A stretch of DNA of 64,000 nt, from positions 18,978 through 82,977 of the forward strand of contig CAZTQX010000001.1 in NCBI GenBank assembly GCA_964615985.1. Direction: 5' to 3'. Shown here one piece after another: positions 59,713-64,000 of the stretch. Numbering within the stretch: the first letter of the stretch is position 1; each line of letters begins with the position of its first letter. Source of the DNA: an uncultured Gammaproteobacteria bacterium. GTDB taxonomy: Bacteria > Pseudomonadota > Gammaproteobacteria > JAUZRS01. Both the position numbers and the translations under genes were made by a program. Below the pieces are notes generated by a model. That model made no database searches. It worked only from the letters and a program-made list of their open reading frames with translations, and was not told the DNA's origin.

Positions 59713-62700
59713 TTATGGCTCGGCATTGAGCAGCTGCTGTTTCAGGCTGGTGTAGAGTTCGACCACAATCTCATTGGCCTCTTTGCTCTCCATGCCTTCT
59801 TCGATTAAGGAGCTGCGGTACATGCGTAGAATCTTAATACTTTTTTCCCGTTGATCGATTTTTCGGTGCAGCAGATAGAGAGTACTGACCAGATTTTCAT
59901 CGCTGGGATCGGCACGGAACGGTTCCGTTAGCAGCTGTATTGCCTCGTGTGGGCGATTGGCAGCGGCGGCAATGTTGGCCAGTGTTTTACAGCATTGCAC
60001 ATATTGACTGCCGAGGTGATCCCGCAAGTCACGGACAGAGTAGGCCAGATCGACACCGGTACAGAACTCTCCCTGCCATTTTTCCAGAGCGGTGTAAAGT
60101 GACAGGCTGGCTTCCCAGGCCTTACCACTTTTGAACAGACGCAGCCCCTTTTGTCCCTCTTGGGCAAACAGCAGCAAATCCGCTTGGCAATTAATCAAAT
60201 AGAGTTCGCCCCTCTTGAGTAATATGTAGGATTTTGCTGAATGTGGCGTGAGGGATTTGTTAAAGGTGCTACGCAGGCGTGATAACAGAGCATCGAAGGT
60301 GGCACGGGCTTTTTCCAACGGGCTGTTGGGCCACAGCGCTTGTTGAATGTCCGCTTGATTCATGTGCAGCTCGGGGGTGGTCAACAGCAGGGCGATGAGC
60401 GCGCGTTGCGCAGGAGTGAGATCCGCTTGCGAGAGACGTGTTTCGGTGTGTACCAAGAAATCCAGACGACCGAGGCTTTCGATGTGCAGTACCGGTATGG
60501 AGTTGCCCTTGGGGTCGATGCCGATGTCGAGTCGTGTATTGGCGATCTCTCGCATGTATTCGGCATCGATATTTTGGGTGACAGCATAGCGAAACACCTC
60601 TTCGCTGATGCGCGGCAACCAGAGATCAAAATGAGGGTATTGAACCTGTTTCATTAAGGAGACGAAGTGATTGATGTCAGCGGCAGCGGTGGCGGTCTCT
60701 TGGCGTTGAATTTGGACAAAAACACGGTGCAGCAAGGCTCCGGCAATGGCCTGTTGGTTGCCGTAAATTTTACCCCAATGGATCGCCTGATCGAGATGGC
60801 GCTTAGCCTCTCCCCAATTGGTGAGCATCATGTAGATGGTGCCGATCAAGGTGTGATCGTGGATCGCCAAGGGGCCTTCGCTGGTAATGCGCTGCTCCAA
60901 TTCGTTTAGGATTTGGGCTGCCTGAGTGGATTCACCGCTCATCGCTTCCAACAGACCTTGATAGAGCATCAGGCGATTGTGCAGTGGCCGATGGTCGTTG
61001 ATGTAGGCCATGCTGCGGGTACGTCGAACCAGACTGCGAGCTTGGGCGTAGTGACCTTCGGCGATGGACATCTGTACTTGCAGAACTTGGATCACCGAAG
61101 CGAGCAGTGTTTGATTCAGTAGTTTTTCGTCGAGCAGTTCTTTTTTCTGGGTTAGATGACGTTTCAGGGCGCTAAAATTGGCTGTTTTATAGAGCCAATA
61201 ACTGAAGACGGTAAAGGTCAGGCAGCGTTCCAATTGGTTTAATTGGTTTTGATGCAGTGCTTGATGCAGTACTTCCAGATCCTCTTTGGCCGCATTGAGC
61301 TGGCCGGTGAGGACGCGATGAAAGGCTTGCAACAAACGAATATGAATCATCAAGTCGCGGTATTTTGCCTGTTCGGCAATGCGCAGGGTATCGTTTAGCG
61401 CGCGCGGGCCTTGCTGTTGATGCACAAATAGGCTGGCGGCACTGAGCGAGCTGTTGATGTAGATGGTCGAGTAGGGGTCAATCTGCTGATGCAGGCTTTG
61501 ATAGAGAGGCTCTGCTTCACTGAGCAGGGCCGCACAGCATTCATGCCGACCGTCGATCAGAGCGTGAAAGAGCAACTCTTGGGTGATCAGCAGCAGCAAG
61601 CCTTTTTGATCACCTGTGTCGTTGAACAGCGCTCTGGCGCGTTCAAAGTGTGCACTGGCTTCAAGAGGAGCTATTTCCATCTGGATGGCGGCCAGCAGCA
61701 GCGATAACCAGCCTGAATTGTCACTGATCTTTTTTGGTAAGAGTTGTTGTAACTCTTCTAGGTCAGTGCTGTGCTGAGGTATTTTCAGCAGACGCGCGTT
61801 CATCTGTTGCAGCAAACTTTCGGTGTGTTCGTAATCACCGGCTTTGAGAAAATAGTAGACCGCTTTATGGGTCTGATCTTGTTCCTGAAAGTGGTTGCCA
61901 ATGCGGCGCAGATATTGGTTGAGGGCTTCTTTGCTGAGTTGCTTTTGCGACTCTTCGCGCAAATGGGTTCGCAGCAAGGGGTGTAATGCGTAATGTGTAC
62001 GTGACAGGCGGTAGAGAAAACCGTGGCGTTCGAGCAGTTGCCACAACAATTTTTGTGTGTCTTCTCGTTGGGTTACCGCACTGGCCAAGGGTGTGCTGAT
62101 CTCTTCCAATAGGGCAATTTGGGCGAGGAAACTGCGCTGTTCGGGAGGCAGTTTTTCCAGCAGTTCGTATTTGAAGTAGGAGCCAATGTCACTGAGTAAC
62201 AGCGCACTTTTGGCATCGGTAATAATGCCGCTGGGGGAGGGCAGAGTGTCATCTTGATTGTGCCCCATAGAGATCAGCCCGACCGGCCAACCTTGGGTGT
62301 TTTTATACAGCTCTTGGTAGGCTTCCTCGGTGAGAGTATTGCCAAAGACTTCACTGGAGAGGCGGTGCATCTCGTCGTGATTGAAGGCCAAACGCTGATT
62401 GCCGAGGGTGAGCCACTCTTGTGGGGAGCTGCGTTTGCCCAACAACAAGGTGACCGGCAGACGAGAGATTAGGATGAATTTGAGCTGTTTGGGCGCTTGA
62501 TCCAATAACATCTGGATGATTTTAATGGATTTTTTATGCCCTTCCAGCAGTTGGAAGTTATCCAGAATCAGGTAACGTTCATTGCCGATGTAGCGTTCCA
62601 GGGTGGAAACTAGGCTGTTGACCGCAGTCTCTAGTTTATCATCGGTGGTTTCGCCCCACTCGACCAGGCGTTCTAAAAAAGGTGATTCAAAATCTGAGAA

Positions 62701-62994
62701 ATTGTGGTAACAGAGCGACAGCAGGCCAGCCAACAGGTGGATGGGCTGGTTGTCGTTTTCATCTAGCTGATACCAGAGGTTAGGGCATTGATATTCGCGT
62801 AAAAACTGCGAAACCAGCGTGGTTTTGCCTTGTCCGGCCTGACCTTCGATGGCAAAAATACGTCGATTGGCACCACCATCGTGCAGATACTCCATTACAC
62901 GAGGACGTTTTAGGGTGCGAACGACGGCAGCAGCAGAGGGAGCTAACTTTTGAGTCGAGATTTGATAGTCGTGGACTTGAATGGATTTATCCAT
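59713..62994 (-). CDS. paralogous MalT-like STAND NTPase with a SARP-type (wHTH plus BTAD) C-terminus
   Basis: 1093 aa with the same architecture: IFAIEGQAGQGKTTLVSQFL...LWYQLDENDNQ, then LTPAQRALIALLLTT...ALWPNSPLEKARATFDALLSRLRSTFNK...GLRLFKSGKAWEA...ALEKWQGEFC. Convergent with the previous gene, with stops 24 bp apart. Confidence 0.8.
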   Translation of the reverse strand: MDKSIQVHDYQISTQKLAPSAAAVVRTLKRPRVMEYLHDGGANRRIFAIEGQAGQGKTTLVSQFLREYQCPNLWYQLDENDNQPIHLLAGLLSLCYHNFSDFESPFLERLVEWGETTDDKLETAVNSLVSTLERYIGNERYLILDNFQLLEGHKKSIKIIQMLLDQAPKQLKFILISRLPVTLLLGKRSSPQEWLTLGNQRLAFNHDEMHRLSSEVFGNTLTEEAYQELYKNTQGWPVGLISMGHNQDDTLPSPSGIITDAKSALLLSDIGSYFKYELLEKLPPEQRSFLAQIALLEEISTPLASAVTQREDTQKLLWQLLERHGFLYRLSRTHYALHPLLRTHLREESQKQLSKEALNQYLRRIGNHFQEQDQTHKAVYYFLKAGDYEHTESLLQQMNARLLKIPQHSTDLEELQQLLPKKISDNSGWLSLLLAAIQMEIAPLEASAHFERARALFNDTGDQKGLLLLITQELLFHALIDGRHECCAALLSEAEPLYQSLHQQIDPYSTIYINSSLSAASLFVHQQQGPRALNDTLRIAEQAKYRDLMIHIRLLQAFHRVLTGQLNAAKEDLEVLHQALHQNQLNQLERCLTFTVFSYWLYKTANFSALKRHLTQKKELLDEKLLNQTLLASVIQVLQVQMSIAEGHYAQARSLVRRTRSMAYINDHRPLHNRLMLYQGLLEAMSGESTQAAQILNELEQRITSEGPLAIHDHTLIGTIYMMLTNWGEAKRHLDQAIHWGKIYGNQQAIAGALLHRVFVQIQRQETATAAADINHFVSLMKQVQYPHFDLWLPRISEEVFRYAVTQNIDAEYMREIANTRLDIGIDPKGNSIPVLHIESLGRLDFLVHTETRLSQADLTPAQRALIALLLTTPELHMNQADIQQALWPNSPLEKARATFDALLSRLRSTFNKSLTPHSAKSYILLKRGELYLINCQADLLLFAQEGQKGLRLFKSGKAWEASLSLYTALEKWQGEFCTGVDLAYSVRDLRDHLGSQYVQCCKTLANIAAAANRPHEAIQLLTEPFRADPSDENLVSTLYLLHRKIDQREKSIKILRMYRSSLIEEGMESKEANEIVVELYTSLKQQLLNAEP

Positions 62995-63149
62995 AAATGG
63001 GGTAATCAGGGCAGTTGTGGTTGGTGGTCGGATGTTTTTTTGATTTTATTCTGACGCTGGAGCAAAGATAGCAGATATAGGCTTTGGATTGCAGGTTTTA
63101 TCGAAAAAAGCTCTGTCCACACTCATGTTTTTGAGTGCGGAAAGAGTCT

Positions 63150-64000
63150 TTATTTAACCTTCATGCCCGCTTTTGCACCACTGTCTGGCTGTAAAATAAA
63201 CAGCTCGTCGCCACCAGAACCGGCGGCCAAAACCATGCCTTCGGAGAGACCGAAACGCATTTTACGCGGTGCTAAATTGGCGACCATGACGGTCAAACGT
63301 CCTTCTAAATCTTCCGGCTTGTAAGCGGACTTGATTCCAGCAAAGACATTTTTGCTGACTCCATCCAGATTCAGGGTCAGTTGCAGCAGTTTGTCTGCGC
63401 CTTTGACGTGCTCGGCTTTATCGATGCGGGCGATGCGCAGATCCAGTTTGGCAAAATCCTCAAAGCTGATCTCTGGCGCGAGTGGTTCTTTGTCCAGTTC
63501 GGTTTCGATTTTTTTGGGTTGACTGGCCTGTGTCAGGGCGTGTTCTTGAGCCAATTCGGTTTGCGTCTGTTCTAACATGGCTGCGACTTTCTCTTTGTCG
63601 ATGCGGGTCATCAAGGGTTTAAATTTATTGATCTGATGATTCAGCAGCGGGGTACTGAGATCTGTCCAGTTGAGCGGCTCGATATTGAGGAAGGTTTCGG
63701 CTTTTGCTGCCAATATCGGCAGCACCGGCTTGAGATAACCGATCAGGACTCGGAACAGATTGATGCCCATGCTACAGACGTCGTGTACTTGTTGGTCGAG
63801 AGTCTCGTTTTTGGCCATGATCCACGGTTTTTTCTCGTCGATGTACTGATTGGCTCGATCTGCCAGCGCCATGATGTCGCGCATCGCCTTGCCAAATTCA
63901 CGTCGTTCGTAAAGTTCGGCCAGTTTAGGAGCTGCGGCGTTAAAGTCGGCCAGCAGCTCAGGGTTGTTGATACGGTCGCAGAGCTGGTTTTGGTGGCGTT
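63150..64000 (-). CDS. metG: methionyl-tRNA synthetase, C-terminal part (anticodon-binding plus EMAP/tRNA-binding domain); the 5' end lies beyond the window
   Basis: C-terminal ...[28 protein letters not shown]...[25 protein letters not shown]... is the Myf/EMAPII-like tRNA-binding domain of MetRS. The ORF stays open to the window edge. Confidence 0.85.
   Translation of the reverse strand, partial: RHQNQLCDRINNPELLADFNAAAPKLAELYERREFGKAMRDIMALADRANQYIDEKKPWIMAKNETLDQQVHDVCSMGINLFRVLIGYLKPVLPILAAKAETFLNIEPLNWTDLSTPLLNHQINKFKPLMTRIDKEKVAAMLEQTQTELAQEHALTQASQPKKIETELDKEPLAPEISFEDFAKLDLRIARIDKAEHVKGADKLLQLTLNLDGVSKNVFAGIKSAYKPEDLEGRLTVMVANLAPRKMRFGLSEGMVLAAGSGGDELFILQPDSGAKAGMKVK

Noticed and set aside
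56470-62994. Interpreting the two large P-loop proteins as Avs-type antiviral STAND defence genes or as part of a mobile defence island
   Set aside because: There are no nuclease, protease, TIR or other effector domains and no integrase, transposase or tRNA nearby. Each ends in a DNA-binding SARP module, which fits transcription factors better. The defence alternative is kept in the finding but not called.

Overview
This 64 kb window looks like chromosome from a gammaproteobacterium with Pseudomonas/Thiomicrospira-like gene order. It begins with the 3' half of the dcw cell-wall/division cluster (ftsW end, murG, murC, murB, ddl, ftsQ, ftsA, ftsZ, lpxC). This is followed by a DUF721/DciA-like gene, an M23 peptidase, secA, argJ and a NUDIX-ThiE fusion, the order seen in Pseudomonas. 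A block on the minus strand then encodes zapD, coaE and a complete type IVa pilus set (pilD, pilC, pilB, two tandem pilin genes, pilR, pilS). The pilins have a candidate sigma54 promoter upstream and a terminator downstream. After nadE, a hemF-like gene, a PAP2 phosphatase and folD comes the most distinctive region, a 12.3 kb, 11-gene chemosensory operon. It encodes a soluble receptor with two complete signalling domains, a triple-CheW scaffold, CheB, a HEAT-repeat protein, CheR, CheY, CheA, a small unknown protein, a ParA-like ATPase, a second CheY and a transmembrane MCP. This gene content matches cytoplasmic-array (F9-like) chemosensory systems such as Vibrio cholerae cluster I, whose function is still unknown. 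A C9 homopolymer lies just upstream of the last MCP. Downstream are a YjfI/PspA-like/YjfK module, two tandem paralogous small outer-membrane barrels with a His/Gly-rich mini-lipoprotein, and a membrane-anchored spermidine-synthase-like gene. Next come the amgK-murU muropeptide-recycling pair, DUF1841-nth-rnfEGDCBA, and the 3' end of metG. The strongest candidate for something new sits between rnfA and metG. It is a convergent pair of paralogous ~1,080-aa proteins with a MalT-like STAND P-loop NTPase at the N-terminus and a SARP-type OmpR winged helix plus BTAD output at the C-terminus. This reverses the AfsR domain order and is unusual for Proteobacteria. I found no CRISPR array, rRNA, tRNA, transposase or integrase. 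The many antisense ORFs in the six-frame track are judged spurious.
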